Counted from the first letter of the stretch, positions 1 through 10,566 are shown. The stretch is 64,000 nucleotides of DNA from Gammaproteobacteria bacterium (GCA_965221955.1 CBDCTA010000022.1:224001-288000), one strand, 5' to 3'. Made by a program: numbers and translations. The notes: a model not told the origin generated them from the sequence alone.

Positions 1-2265
1 ATGCAGCATGCCATCATTTGCGCCCACATAAACAAGCTGTTCGCGATTTTGAGTCGCTACCCGAAATTCTGCATAAGTATTCCCTACTCCACTTGGAAAC
101 GCACCACCAATTCGATTTACAAAAGGCGGCCCGCCCACAAATACTGGTGATGAATGAACAATATCACCTAACTTGCCACCTGTTGTAATTCCATTAACTG
201 TTGAAAGTGGTGCACGCTCACGCATTTCTCCATTATCAAAGTCTGTACCTTCATCTGAAGTATCGCCGCGTAGATAATCTACTCGAGTCTCAACAAGTGT
301 ACTTAATATCGTTGCTGGTGGTGGTGGTGCTTGTGGATTTTCCAACGCATTCACTTGTGCTGGAGTTAAGCTAGTAAATACAAATTCGGTACCTTGGTCT
401 GTTGCAGGATCAAAACTAAATATATTTCTCGAACTGAGAGATTGTGCATTCACTTGAGTCGCTGCGCTCCATTCAAAAATGGGGTTACCATTACTGTCTT
501 CATTAAAGCTGCCATCAAAGTTAACGCGCTGTGCAACGAGTTCGCCCGTATTATTAGCTAAGTTGGAAAAGGTTCTAAACACCAATGTATTTTCACGAAT
601 ATTTTGTGAATTAAATGCCAAAGCCGTAGTTGAACCAAAATTTGTCCCCGCGCGCGAAAAAGAAGACTCCACTTCATTAATTATCATTGGGAAATCTCTT
701 TCATCAAGCGCTGGAATAAAGTTTCCTCTGCCGTTATATGCAGCATGGCGTAAATCATCAATCGTCCCTGGAAAAGTTGCAGGATTTATCCAACTAAAAC
801 TACTTGTAGCATCTCCAGGAAATGACGTGTTAATTATCAAATTTAAATTATTAAATATGCCTACAACATTTGTATTTAAATGTTGATGCAAAGTATCTCC
901 GGCTAAGAGTGCTGCCGGCGTATTTGGATCACGAATGAAATCGATACTTGTAGCAGGAACATTATCAGCTAGAGAAGTTTGTAAATCATTTTCATGATAA
1001 AAAATTGCAACATCAGCTAATGTATTAGAGAAGCTATCTGCAAAAGCTCCCCCGTCAAAGTCACTTACTAAGTCGTCTTGGTCTTCATTACCCACGGAGG
1101 GATCAGACCCATTGTAAAAACCATCGGAAAATATAAATGCAGTGTTTGTCTGACATGTCCCACCAGGTGCGGGTAACGCTGGGCATTCTGAATCACCCGG
1201 AGAACTATCATCATCAGAATTAAAAATATCATCTTCTTCACATTCGAAATAGATGCCAACTGTTTCAAACGCTGAACGTAAAGGTGTATTACCCGTTGAA
1301 TTGACACTAAAAACTTCGTTTAAAAGCGAACGTTTATTTCCACTAGCTGTCGAAAGATTTTGCAATGCAACAGGCAATCCTACACCTGTATTTTGGTTAG
1401 TTGTTGAAAAACCCACTCTTGATGCAGTGCTACTGGCTATTGCATGTGAGGATAACGCTTTTGCTACGTATTCACGCTTTCGATAATATGCAAACCAATT
1501 AGCAAAATTTTGTTGAGTGGTTACATCTTGATCTTTAATTAATCTTTGTGTTTCTTCTCCAGATTCAAATATGTTGTTAGCATTTACATCATTCCATTCA
1601 TAATAAGCAAATCCACTTCCACTTATTCGATTTCCACTTATGTCCATCCCAGATTGTTGGTTTGTAAGATTGATGCGCTCGGTATTTGTTGGATCGAATG
1701 GATTATCAGGTGCATTTGTGATGTCTACATCTGGGAAAACATTGCCATTTACATCAACTCCCGCCCACGGAACATAGGTTTTATTTGGATCGAAATACAA
1801 TGGATTGAATCTTGAGTTACGCACCCTAAATTCATCGTCACGCGCCACAAAACAATTTCGAATAAATGGATCATTTAATGCATTAATTGGATCCATTGGA
1901 TTAAGATTATTACTATTAAATGCAACAATATATAAATATCCCGACACATACTCACCACTTCCACTTGCAATCGTTGTGTCAATATACGGCTGACAAGAAG
2001 CAGGACCACCCGCTTCTGGAACACGATGCGTAATTGTAGCGATTGCACAACTTCCTCCAACATTTGAAGAACAAAAAGCACCGCTATTATCTGAGTTTTG
2101 TGTCAAGATTTCCCAATCCATGCTGCCTGAATCATCCGTCAAGATAAAAACATTCGGTGGAACAGAAGGTGTAAGCTCTAATGGAACATTAGAAATATTT
2201 AGCGATGCAGCATTTACAACACAACTTAATGCAAAAGAAATAAAAATGAAAAAATAAATACGCAT
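1..2265 (-). CDS. pilY1: Type IV pilus tip adhesin PilY1/PilC (partial, continues past the left edge)
   Basis: Missing from the ORF track because it is open-ended. Manual translation from ATG 2265 gives MRIYFFIFISFALSCVVNAASLNISNVPLELTPSVPPNVFILTDDSGSMDWE; the left edge reads LVYVGANDGMLH (PilY1 propeller motif) in the same frame. Downstream of pilX. Confidence 0.93.
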   Translation of the reverse strand, partial: MRIYFFIFISFALSCVVNAASLNISNVPLELTPSVPPNVFILTDDSGSMDWEILTQNSDNSGAFCSSNVGGSCAIATITHRVPEAGGPASCQPYIDTTIASGSGEYVSGYLYIVAFNSNNLNPMDPINALNDPFIRNCFVARDDEFRVRNSRFNPLYFDPNKTYVPWAGVDVNGNVFPDVDITNAPDNPFDPTNTERINLTNQQSGMDISGNRISGSGFAYYEWNDVNANNIFESGEETQRLIKDQDVTTQQNFANWFAYYRKREYVAKALSSHAIASSTASRVGFSTTNQNTGVGLPVALQNLSTASGNKRSLLNEVFSVNSTGNTPLRSAFETVGIYFECEEDDIFNSDDDSSPGDSECPALPAPGGTCQTNTAFIFSDGFYNGSDPSVGNEDQDDLVSDFDGGAFADSFSNTLADVAIFYHENDLQTSLADNVPATSIDFIRDPNTPAALLAGDTLHQHLNTNVVGIFNNLNLIINTSFPGDATSSFSWINPATFPGTIDDLRHAAYNGRGNFIPALDERDFPMIINEVESSFSRAGTNFGSTTALAFNSQNIRENTLVFRTFSNLANNTGELVAQRVNFDGSFNEDSNGNPIFEWSAATQVNAQSLSSRNIFSFDPATDQGTEFVFTSLTPAQVNALENPQAPPPPATILSTLVETRVDYLRGDTSDEGTDFDNGEMRERAPLSTVNGITTGGKLGDIVHSSPVFVGGPPFVNRIGGAFPSGVGNTYAEFRVATQNREQLVYVGANDGMLH

Positions 2266-2298
2266 GTAGCTAGCTTTGAAACCTTTAACCTAAAATAA

Positions 2299-2823
2299 TT
2301 AAAAATCTGCACCAAATATAGATTGCAACACAGCCTCTGTATTATTACTGCTACCGGTACCACGTGCAGTTACACGAAATAGTTCGACTGTCTGTTGCGC
2401 TTGACCTTCGCCATAACCCTGTACAAGCAAGTCTGGTGCAACTTGTGTTGATGCGATACGTTGAATGATAAAACGTGGTCGCGCAGCTACATTTCCAGGT
2501 AAGTTATAGTTTGTGTACTCACGCGAATCGGAGCCATCCCAATTTAACGTAGACCACAACTCATCATTTGCATTGTTATACAAACCATCGGCTCCATTCG
2601 TATCAAAATCAGCAAGGTTTACTGCGCCAGATGCTAATAAATTTTCTCCTGAACGCAATGCTGCTTCCGCAGTTTGCAAAGCCACTAAACTGTCTTTGGT
2701 GTTACTCGCCATGCGCATTTCAAGCGTTGCACCTTGCATGCTCGTAATGGCAATCAGAGACATAATCAACAACATGATTAATCCAACAAATAACACTGCG
2801 CCTTTTTGTTTAATCATGTACAT
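2299..2823 (-). CDS. pilX: Minor pilin PilX
   Basis: QKG|AVLFVGLIMLL prepilin cleavage site without Glu5; C-terminal FRVTARGTG..LQS; operon order. Confidence 0.92.
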   Translation of the reverse strand: MYMIKQKGAVLFVGLIMLLIMSLIAITSMQGATLEMRMASNTKDSLVALQTAEAALRSGENLLASGAVNLADFDTNGADGLYNNANDELWSTLNWDGSDSREYTNYNLPGNVAARPRFIIQRIASTQVAPDLLVQGYGEGQAQQTVELFRVTARGTGSSNNTEAVLQSIFGADF

Positions 2824-2833
2824 ATAACACCCC

Positions 2834-3922
2834 TTATTGAATGCGGTTACGGATATTGATTGTAGTATTTACCGCATAACGTAATTTGTTATCTGCAGGA
2901 TGCGAAACTGCTGACGTATCTGAAATAAGTGTGCCAGCAACATTGTAAGTGTTGGTATCCACTTGAGTTGTAACTTCTTCCCCCGTCGCCATCAATAAAC
3001 CTAACCTCACTGTAATCACATTTGGCCACTGAGCAGCAGCAGTAATACTGTTAGCAGTATCAAAACGATCTGGAATTTGATCGTTATTCACATCTAAACC
3101 ATAAAGAATTTGCAAAGTTTCGACACCCTCAAGCAATTCTTCTGCATCCATTTGAGCAGTATTTGTTCCAGATGAAGGACCAAAAGCAACTAAATTACTA
3201 CGCCAAAGAGAATTTACGTTTGGGTTTTGTGAACTTTGCCTTACGTAATAAATTACTGGTTTATAGGATGCAATAATGGCATCTTGCCCATAGGTGCCAA
3301 TAGTAGTTGTTGCATTTCCTGGAACAATATTTGTGTTGTCCCCATAGCTAACCGTTCTTGAACCTGCATTAACATCAGAAATTTGAAATATTGAAGCTTG
3401 TCTTGGATCACAGGCTATGGCAATTCTGCCTCTTTCAAAGTCTTGATCTATAAAATTACTGTTTAATGTAAAGAATTCTCCAGCCGGATCATGGCCGAGC
3501 GTAGGACCGCCAAAATCTAAGGTAGAAGTAAAATTAGATGCTTTGAGAATAGCGATTGCATCGCTTCCTGCAACAACATTACTTGCAACTTCTGTTGGAA
3601 ATGTACTTGCACCTCCTTCATAACCACGAATACCAAAATTAAAATAATCTAAAAACCAAGAAGAGCCGCTTCCGCTTATTGCATTAGTAACCGTTGGAGG
3701 AAACCGACAAGGAAGATACCCAGCCATGCGAACATCTTGTGATATAAACTCTAAGCTAAAACGAAGACTTTCTTGCAAACGAGAGAGATTATCTGTCATT
3801 CGATAGGTTTCTTTGCTACTGATGTACATGCCCGTTACGCCGCCTACCAAAAACAAACCGAGCAACAGCGCGACCATGAGTTCAACCACAGAAAAACCAT
3901 TTTGTTTATTTAGAAATTTCAT
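2834..3922 (-). CDS. pilW: Minor pilin PilW
   Basis: QNG|FSVVELMVAL N-methylation motif; EELLEGVETLQILYG and VRLGLL PilW motifs. Confidence 0.92.
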   Translation of the reverse strand: MKFLNKQNGFSVVELMVALLLGLFLVGGVTGMYISSKETYRMTDNLSRLQESLRFSLEFISQDVRMAGYLPCRFPPTVTNAISGSGSSWFLDYFNFGIRGYEGGASTFPTEVASNVVAGSDAIAILKASNFTSTLDFGGPTLGHDPAGEFFTLNSNFIDQDFERGRIAIACDPRQASIFQISDVNAGSRTVSYGDNTNIVPGNATTTIGTYGQDAIIASYKPVIYYVRQSSQNPNVNSLWRSNLVAFGPSSGTNTAQMDAEELLEGVETLQILYGLDVNNDQIPDRFDTANSITAAAQWPNVITVRLGLLMATGEEVTTQVDTNTYNVAGTLISDTSAVSHPADNKLRYAVNTTINIRNRIQ

Positions 3923-4413
3923 AACTCTGCCATAATCATAATTGATTCAACTGGATTAGTTCCTTCCTGCCACTGAACCGTAACCGTTACATCATTACCA
4001 TTTCTTGCAACTTCGCCATCACCATTAGGCAAAACTGAAGTCATATTAAGTGGTGCGTTCGTGCATGGCGCATTAGCAGAGAAACTTCCTAAAGAGCATT
4101 TCCATTGCGTTAATTCGAATGTTGCCAACTGATCAGGCGAACATGTTGCAGTAGTACTTTGACAGTTAGTGAATCCACCAGGTATGTTTGTAAAAGTGGT
4201 GTCGTATGTCCCATTATTTAAACCTGCAGGATTAGCACGCATCTTATCAATCAAATCATAAGCAAAATAACTCGCTTGTGATTGTAAATATGCATTGTGA
4301 CTACTCTTCATGCTAAATAATTGCATACCAGCCATCCCCAGCAGCCCAATTGATAACACCGCAAGGGCTACTAGCACTTCCATTAATGTGAAACCTTGAA
4401 ATTTATACTTCAT
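3919..4413 (-). CDS. pilV: Minor pilin PilV
   Basis: QG|FTLMEVLVALAVLSIGLLGMAGMQ, QASYFAYDLIDKMRAN. Confidence 0.94.
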   Translation of the reverse strand: MKYKFQGFTLMEVLVALAVLSIGLLGMAGMQLFSMKSSHNAYLQSQASYFAYDLIDKMRANPAGLNNGTYDTTFTNIPGGFTNCQSTTATCSPDQLATFELTQWKCSLGSFSANAPCTNAPLNMTSVLPNGDGEVARNGNDVTVTVQWQEGTNPVESIMIMAEL

Positions 4414-4414
4414 T

Positions 4415-4978
4415 TTATAAACAGGCTGTTATTGGGTTGTTATCATTATCCAACGGTATGCCAGTACTGTCATGTGGCGCGAGGCGTACTCTACCGCTAA
4501 AGGTTATAAATACAGCTTTAGATTTATTTAAATTTCCGGCTTTACATAAAACAAATCTACCTTGTTTATTTGTACGACCGTTAGATCTAAAAGAAAAGTT
4601 TTCCCCAACACCAGAAAAATTTGTTCCCAATGATAATGTTGTATCCAAAGACTCATTAACTATTAATATTTCATCTTGTGGATCATCACGAATACCATCT
4701 TCATCATCATCTACAAATATAATCCATCCATCACCATAATTTAGGCCACTACAGCTATTTAAGTCATTACTATGACATACAGAGACACGCCTATTTCTCT
4801 TTACGGCTTCGCTTCTAGCAAAATTAAGTGACGCAACTACATTATTTATTGACGCCGAAAGCTGATTGCGTTCCATCACATTGCTGAAACTCGGTACGCC
4901 AAGTGTTAATACAACCGCAGCAACTGCTATTGCAATCATCAATTCTATTAAGGTAAAAGCAGATTCGTGTTTTTGCAT
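4415..4978 (-). CDS. fimT: GspH/FimT-FimU family pseudopilin
   Basis: A|FTLIELMIAIAV..LGVPSF, LNFARSEAVKR; first gene of the minor pilin operon. Confidence 0.88.
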   Translation of the reverse strand: MQKHESAFTLIELMIAIAVAAVVLTLGVPSFSNVMERNQLSASINNVVASLNFARSEAVKRNRRVSVCHSNDLNSCSGLNYGDGWIIFVDDDEDGIRDDPQDEILIVNESLDTTLSLGTNFSGVGENFSFRSNGRTNKQGRFVLCKAGNLNKSKAVFITFSGRVRLAPHDSTGIPLDNDNNPITACL

Positions 4979-5336
4979 CGCCCAATACTTTTAGCATGCG
5001 AACACACGACGTGAAGACAACAAGCCAACTCATCTAGCAGGCTTATTCCATGTTTTACATTCTCAGTGGCGCCCGTGAATTCAAGTTAACTGCGCACATT
5101 CCTTCCTGACTTACCCGCCGCGATATTTCGCGATCTCATATAGTTTTCACAACCAATTCTAAACACATCCAGTGTTTATAAATTAGTATGTATATATTGT
5201 ATTAGGTTCTATGAGTAAATTCTTGTTCTATGGGAAAGAATTTTACAAGCTGCTATGTTGTTGCTGTAGCGAGAGTTTTTTGCCCTTATAGAACATAAGG
5301 TCTAAGTAGTAATGAGGATTTTTCAGTAGTTGAAAT

Positions 5337-5367
5337 AAAAAACCCACGGCGGTGATACCGTGGGTTT
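5337..5367 (-). terminator. Intrinsic terminator
   Basis: Minus strand AAACCCACGG-TATCACCG-CCGTGGGTTTTTT. Confidence 0.8.
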
Positions 5368-5396
5368 AAGAAGCCTGCTTCCCTGTAGGCTAATGC
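5337..5396 (-). ncRNA. Candidate ~60-nt sRNA with one GGA hairpin
   Basis: AGCCUAC-AGGGAA-GCAGGCU hairpin followed by the terminator, downstream of a CRP class II-like promoter. Confidence 0.3.
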
Positions 5397-5402
5397 AGAC
5401 CT

Positions 5403-5445
5403 ATATTACTCACGCCTCATCGATCAATTAGTGACCCGGTTCACG
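5403..5445 (-). promoter_or_regulatory. CRP/Vfr-like site with a -10 box at class II spacing
   Basis: aGTGA-cccggt-TCACg at 5430-5445; TAATAT (5408-5403) falls at -12..-7 if the site is centred at -41.5. Confidence 0.45.
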
Positions 5446-5517
5446 CTATACAATAAGGCAAACACCACACATCGACTGCCCTATACCGGCCATCACGAAT
5501 ACAAGAAATTGAGAAAA

Positions 5518-6087
5518 TTATGCCGCGCGTTGCAATGCAGCTTCTACTTCCTGGCGTTTTGTATCTCCAAGCAAACACGCAATGATTTCTAATGCAAAAT
5601 CCATTGCTGTACCAGGACCACGCGATGTGAGCACTTGACCATCTTGCTGCACTGCCGCACCTGTTATTTCAAAATTATTATTTTCCAAAGCTTCCAATAC
5701 GCCTGGATAAGCCGTTGCTTTTTTATTATCTAATAACCCTGCACTGGCCAAAACTTTTGGTGCAGCACAAATTGCAGCAACAAAATTTTTATCTGTAACT
5801 GTTTGTTGCAAAATTTTATGTATTCGCTGATCAGCATTTAAATGATCCGCCCCAGGCAATCCCCCAGGTAAAACCACCATGTCGAACTTTTTATCCATGA
5901 CCTGATCAAGTGTAGTGTCTGCTATCAATTTCGTGCCACGAGATGCGGTAATGGGTTTGTCATCAAGACTTGCAGTAGTAACTTGCACTTCAGCGCGTCG
6001 CAATAAATCTATAATCGTAACTGCTTCTAGTTCTTCGCAACCTTGAGCAAGGGGGATTAATACCTGAGGAATGTGTGTATTTGCCAT
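5518..6087 (-). CDS. DJ-1/PfpI family protein (YajL/ThiJ-like)
   Basis: GCEELEAVTIIDLLRRA, VLPGGLPGA, AAICAAP catalytic Cys, TSRGPGTA. Confidence 0.93.
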   Translation of the reverse strand: MANTHIPQVLIPLAQGCEELEAVTIIDLLRRAEVQVTTASLDDKPITASRGTKLIADTTLDQVMDKKFDMVVLPGGLPGADHLNADQRIHKILQQTVTDKNFVAAICAAPKVLASAGLLDNKKATAYPGVLEALENNNFEITGAAVQQDGQVLTSRGPGTAMDFALEIIACLLGDTKRQEVEAALQRAA

Positions 6088-6875
6088 GATGATTTAGATA
6101 CCTTTGCCAATTGTTGTGTGTTAGCAATGTCTATAAGCTTGCTAACCGTCACTAATTGTACCTCTTGATCGTTTGAACTAGAAAGCTCCTGTTCAAGTAC
6201 GGCTAAGGTAGTTCGATGAGGGTGACCAATTGCTAAAGCATAGCCCTGTTGTTTGGAAATTTTAATCAACTGCTTTACTTGTTGCCTGACAAATTCTTTA
6301 TCATTCGCAGTTGAATCTAAAAAAATGTCACGCTGCATGCTTGGAATGTAATAACTTTGCGCAGTGTTCGCTGCGACTGTACGAGCCGTGGTTTTACTAT
6401 CAATGAAAAAAAGATTTTCATCTCGATTAGCAATAGTCTGCATTAACCATTCCATATAATCAGTATTACTAGTTAACAAACTTCCCATATGGTTATTAAT
6501 CCCCTTTGTATAAGGAACAGCGTCAATACTAATATCCACTGTGCGCATAAATTCATGCCTAGACATACCTGACGTTAGTGCACCATGCCCAAGTGGATGT
6601 GACTTGGAAGCTTGCATCGGCAAATGCAGCATCACTTCTTTACCCTGTTTATGTGCTAAACGTGCTAATTCAATGGAATAGGGTCGCGCCGGTAAAATTG
6701 AACATGTGATCGGCAAGGTAGAATTGATTACGCGTTTGCCCGATTCTAGATTATTGCCAATATCATCAATAATGATGGCAATCGCAGCAGGTTCCGCAAA
6801 TACAATATTAAAAGGGGCTGCAGAAAGCAGCCCCACTAGAAAAATTTTTAATATTTTTTTATAAGAATTCAGCAC
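6057..6875 (-). CDS. Divergent polysaccharide deacetylase (YibQ family)
   Basis: AIIIDDIG, LHLPMQ, GINNHMGS, FIDSKT, AIGHPH; context envC-ctpA. Confidence 0.93.
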   Translation of the reverse strand: MLNSYKKILKIFLVGLLSAAPFNIVFAEPAAIAIIIDDIGNNLESGKRVINSTLPITCSILPARPYSIELARLAHKQGKEVMLHLPMQASKSHPLGHGALTSGMSRHEFMRTVDISIDAVPYTKGINNHMGSLLTSNTDYMEWLMQTIANRDENLFFIDSKTTARTVAANTAQSYYIPSMQRDIFLDSTANDKEFVRQQVKQLIKISKQQGYALAIGHPHRTTLAVLEQELSSSNDQEVQLVTVSKLIDIANTQQLAKVSKSSWQIHTFLRY

Positions 6876-6881
6876 GTATTA

Positions 6882-8207
6882 CTAAATGCTTGCTTGTTGT
6901 GTACCTACTTTATCTTTCAAAACTTTTAGTGCTTCATCCAAAGCATAATCTTTTGCATCATCTCTTTTTTGTTTAGGAATGACTACAACTGACTTAGGCT
7001 CTCTCTTCGGCGTGCCTGCTTCGCTATCATTCTCTAAATGCCCGTCTAAATCGGCTTCAGAAATAATGCTTAACGCTGAGCTTTCTTCTTCAGATGCACC
7101 CTCTTCTTTTAAAAGAATATCAGGAACAATCCCTTGGCTTTGAATCGAACGACCCGCAGGTGTGTAGTAACGCGCAGTGGTTAGTTTTAATGCTGTATTG
7201 TCATTGAGAGGCAAAATAGTTTGCACTGAGCCTTTGCCAAAAGATGTAGTGCCTAAAATAGTCGCGCGCTCATGATCTTGCATTGCGCCCGCCACAATTT
7301 CAGATGCTGAAGCTGAACCTTGATTGATTAAAATAACTAATGGTGCACCTTTTAATGAATCACCCGTGCTGGCATTATATTTTAATTCCGAATCATCCAC
7401 GCGCCCTTCAGTATAAACAATTAACTTATTATCTTTCAGGAATACATCTGAAACACCCACTGCACCCGTTAACACGCCTCCTGGGTTATTACGCAAGTCT
7501 AATACCAGTCCTTTAAGCTCACCTTCATTTTTCTTTTCTAAACTCTCTAAAGCGTCTAACAAACTACGTGTTGTTTTAGATTGAAAATTTGAGATCCGCA
7601 CATAACCATAGCCTGGTTCTAATACACGATTTCGTACACTACGCACACGTATCACATCACGTGTAAGTTTAATCACTAACGGTGCATCTTCGCCTTCGCG
7701 CACAATGGTTAAGTTAATGTCAGAACCTTTTTTACCGCGCATTAATTTGACTGCTTCTTCTAAAGTTAAACCTTTTACAGACTTATCATCTAATTTAATA
7801 ATTAAGTCACCGGCTTTTACGCCAGCACGATCTGCAGGAGTGTCATCAATCGGTGCGATAACTTTTACGAATCCATTCTCCATGCCGACTTCAATTCCCA
7901 AACCACCAAACTCGCCAGAGGTTCCAATTTGAAGTTCACGAAATTGTTCTTCATCTAAATATGATGAATGCGGATCTAAACCAGAAAGCATGCCGCGAAT
8001 AGCGTTTTTTAATAAATCGCTGTCATCAACATCCGTTACGTAATCTTGCTTAATACGTGCGTAAACGTCAGTAAAAGTACGCAAATCTTCAAGCGGCAAA
8101 GCTGAAGCCATATTTTTATCCGCCCACACATTGTGGGCCAAAGATAGGCTTAACCCAATTACCACTCCCCATATAATGCCGATGTTTAGGGGGTGCTTAA
8201 ATTTCAT
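6882..8207 (-). CDS. ctpA: S41 carboxyl-terminal processing protease
   Basis: LDPHS, PDZ GGLGIEV, DLRNNPGG, SASASEIVAG, FGKGSVQ; start moved to ATG 8207 (GAGGAG upstream). Confidence 0.95.
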   Translation of the reverse strand: MKFKHPLNIGIIWGVVIGLSLSLAHNVWADKNMASALPLEDLRTFTDVYARIKQDYVTDVDDSDLLKNAIRGMLSGLDPHSSYLDEEQFRELQIGTSGEFGGLGIEVGMENGFVKVIAPIDDTPADRAGVKAGDLIIKLDDKSVKGLTLEEAVKLMRGKKGSDINLTIVREGEDAPLVIKLTRDVIRVRSVRNRVLEPGYGYVRISNFQSKTTRSLLDALESLEKKNEGELKGLVLDLRNNPGGVLTGAVGVSDVFLKDNKLIVYTEGRVDDSELKYNASTGDSLKGAPLVILINQGSASASEIVAGAMQDHERATILGTTSFGKGSVQTILPLNDNTALKLTTARYYTPAGRSIQSQGIVPDILLKEEGASEEESSALSIISEADLDGHLENDSEAGTPKREPKSVVVIPKQKRDDAKDYALDEALKVLKDKVGTQQASI

Positions 8208-8431
8208 TACCACTCTCCTCGAATTCTCTTCTGTCACGTAAATATGACTCCATTATGAAAGGAAAAAATAGATTCGCAACATATTAGATCGCAGCAGGTG
8301 TGCAAACGTTCACGAATCAGCATACATATTAGTATTTCACCCGCATATTTACGCATATATACTTATAATATGTGTGTTTTCAAGCTCGCACTGACCCAGT
8401 GAGCCGATCATTGGTTAACAGTCGATCCATC

Positions 8432-9640
8432 CTAATTGGAAGAAAGTCTGCGTGAAGACGCTGGTTTGGAACACCATTTTGCTGGATTGACAGGATCTCC
8501 TTGCTTGCGAATCTCAAAGTAAAGACCCGACTGACTATACCCACCACTACTACCTACTGTTGCTACTCGCTCGCCAGCATTCACCCACTCACCTACTTGC
8601 CTAAACAAGCTTTGGTTATGCCCGTAAAGACTCATATAGCCATCACCATGATCTACGATGATCAACAAGCCCAAACCTCGCATCCATTCAGCGAACGCCA
8701 CCCTGCCATGGTAGATACTACGTACATTGTTTCCTTCATTACTGGGGATAAACACTCCCTGCCAATTTAACTTGCTATGCGCAGCATTTCGCTTTTGGCC
8801 AAATTTATTACTTGGCTTACCCACTACTGGCCAATACAACTCGCCTTTTGATTTACTAAAACCTTTGCCTTGATCGATCACAGGAATATCCATTAAGGCA
8901 GCGCGTAGTTTTTCGATTACGCTCTTAAGTTGTTTTTCATTACTCTCTAAATCTGAAATTTTTTGTTTTTCACTCGTAACACTAGTATTTAACGCGCTAA
9001 TAGTGGTTTTACGTTCACGCTGAGCCCGCTCCAGCGAAGTCTTTTCACCCAATAAATTCTGCTTTGTCTGTAAGATAAGCTGCTCTTGATGTTTGATTTC
9101 TTCATGAACTTGTGTGACGGATTGTAAAACTTGTGTTGCTTTATCTATTTCACTCAGCCGCGCACGATGTAAGTAATCGTAATAAACTAAATCCCGCCCT
9201 AGTTTTTCAGGTTGCTCTTGATTGAGTAGCAGCTTTAATTTTTGCTGACCACCATATTGATATTCTGAACGTATTTGTGCGTACAGAATTCGCTGATGTT
9301 TAGACAACTGTTTCTGTAATTGCTTTTCTTCATTTTGCAGTACAGCTATTTTGTCCTGACTGTTTTTAAGTTTAGTCTCTGTGGAATGTAACTGTTTATT
9401 AAGTTGCCCAATATTCTGTTCTGATTTACGCAATTGCTTTTCTAAGCTACCTAGTTCACCGCGCTGCCGTTCTAGTTTCTGCTGTGACTTACGAATTTGT
9501 TCCTGCACTTTTGCAAGCTTCTTTTCGACCTCCTGTTGACTGGACTCAGAAAAAACAGGGGAAACCACAAAGACTGCTAGCAATACAAGCATGATCGCAA
9601 GGAGCATTCTCTTAAATGGTAGGGTGGTGAATTGCGACAT
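8432..9640 (-). CDS. envC: Murein hydrolase activator EnvC
   Basis: Signal peptide, long coiled coil, degenerate M23 domain (WQGVFI, YGHNQ, LYFEIR). Confidence 0.93.
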   Translation of the reverse strand: MSQFTTLPFKRMLLAIMLVLLAVFVVSPVFSESSQQEVEKKLAKVQEQIRKSQQKLERQRGELGSLEKQLRKSEQNIGQLNKQLHSTETKLKNSQDKIAVLQNEEKQLQKQLSKHQRILYAQIRSEYQYGGQQKLKLLLNQEQPEKLGRDLVYYDYLHRARLSEIDKATQVLQSVTQVHEEIKHQEQLILQTKQNLLGEKTSLERAQRERKTTISALNTSVTSEKQKISDLESNEKQLKSVIEKLRAALMDIPVIDQGKGFSKSKGELYWPVVGKPSNKFGQKRNAAHSKLNWQGVFIPSNEGNNVRSIYHGRVAFAEWMRGLGLLIIVDHGDGYMSLYGHNQSLFRQVGEWVNAGERVATVGSSGGYSQSGLYFEIRKQGDPVNPAKWCSKPASSRRLSSN

Positions 9641-9796
9641 AATGATCTAAATTATAGCTAATAAACTTGCTGAAAATAAGAGTAACTTATTGATTTATAT
9701 GCTTTATTAACGTATTAGACATTTATAATATTAGCCTATACTATATGAGTATAAGTGTGCACGGAAGCGTAAACCTACAACAACTAGGAATCTATT

Positions 9797-10111
9797 ATGA
9801 GTATTACTGCTGATGAACTCATCTCTAAAGAAGAGGATATCGAGCAAGCCTCTCGATCCCTCAAAGCCATGTCGCATCCACTACGACTAAAAATCCTTTG
9901 CGTGTTAGGTGATCGAGAAGTCAGTGTGCAAGATATCGTAGACAATGTTGGTACGTCTCAAAGTAACATCTCTCAGCATTTAGCAATTTTACGTGATAAA
10001 GGCATTTTAGCCTCACGTAAAGATGCTAACCGCGTCTATTATCGTGTTGGCGACGAACGAACGCTTAGCTTGATCAATATGATGCAACAAGTATTTTGCT
10101 CTGCCCATTAG
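9797..10111 (+). CDS. ArsR/SmtB family regulator
   Basis: LKAMSHPLRLKILC, SQSNISQHLAILR HTH. Confidence 0.93.
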   Translation: MSITADELISKEEDIEQASRSLKAMSHPLRLKILCVLGDREVSVQDIVDNVGTSQSNISQHLAILRDKGILASRKDANRVYYRVGDERTLSLINMMQQVFCSAH

Positions 10112-10126
10112 CACTTAATTAAATTT

Positions 10127-10552
10127 ATGCACGAATATCTAGAGTTTGCCAGCCGGCATATGCTGCTATTTATTGCACTTGCGGCAATCATTGCTTTAAT
10201 TATCATGTCAGAATTAAAGCGCGCCACCAAAGGTTACAAAGAAGTGTTGCCTGCCGAAGCAGTGCGGTTGATCAATAAAGAAAACGCTCTCGTTCTTGAT
10301 ATACGTGAAGCCAATGAACTCACACAGGGTAGCATTATTGATGCAAAGCATGTGGCCTTGAGTATACTGCCAGAAAAGATTTCTACTCTTAGCACAGATA
10401 AAGATAAACCTATTGTAGTTTTTTGTAAGATAGGTAACCGGTCTGCACAAGCATGCAAATTACTGTTGAAAAATAGTTATACCAATGTGTTTGGTTTGAA
10501 AGGCGGTATAACTGCTTGGATAAATGATCAATTACCCGTTATTAAAAAGTAA
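10127..10552 (+). CDS. Membrane-anchored rhodanese domain protein (YibN-like)
   Basis: N-terminal TM, LDIRE, VFCKIGNRS, LKGGITAW. Confidence 0.92.
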   Translation: MHEYLEFASRHMLLFIALAAIIALIIMSELKRATKGYKEVLPAEAVRLINKENALVLDIREANELTQGSIIDAKHVALSILPEKISTLSTDKDKPIVVFCKIGNRSAQACKLLLKNSYTNVFGLKGGITAWINDQLPVIKK

Positions 10553-10566
10553 TTCTAGATAAGAAT

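Noticed and set aside
479-2081. Short ORF-track entries in 0.5-2.1 kb
   Set aside because: Antisense or off-frame shadows of the open-ended pilY1 frame
4842-5033. 63-aa minus-strand ORF overlapping the fimT start
   Set aside because: Off-frame overlap with a well-supported gene, no motif
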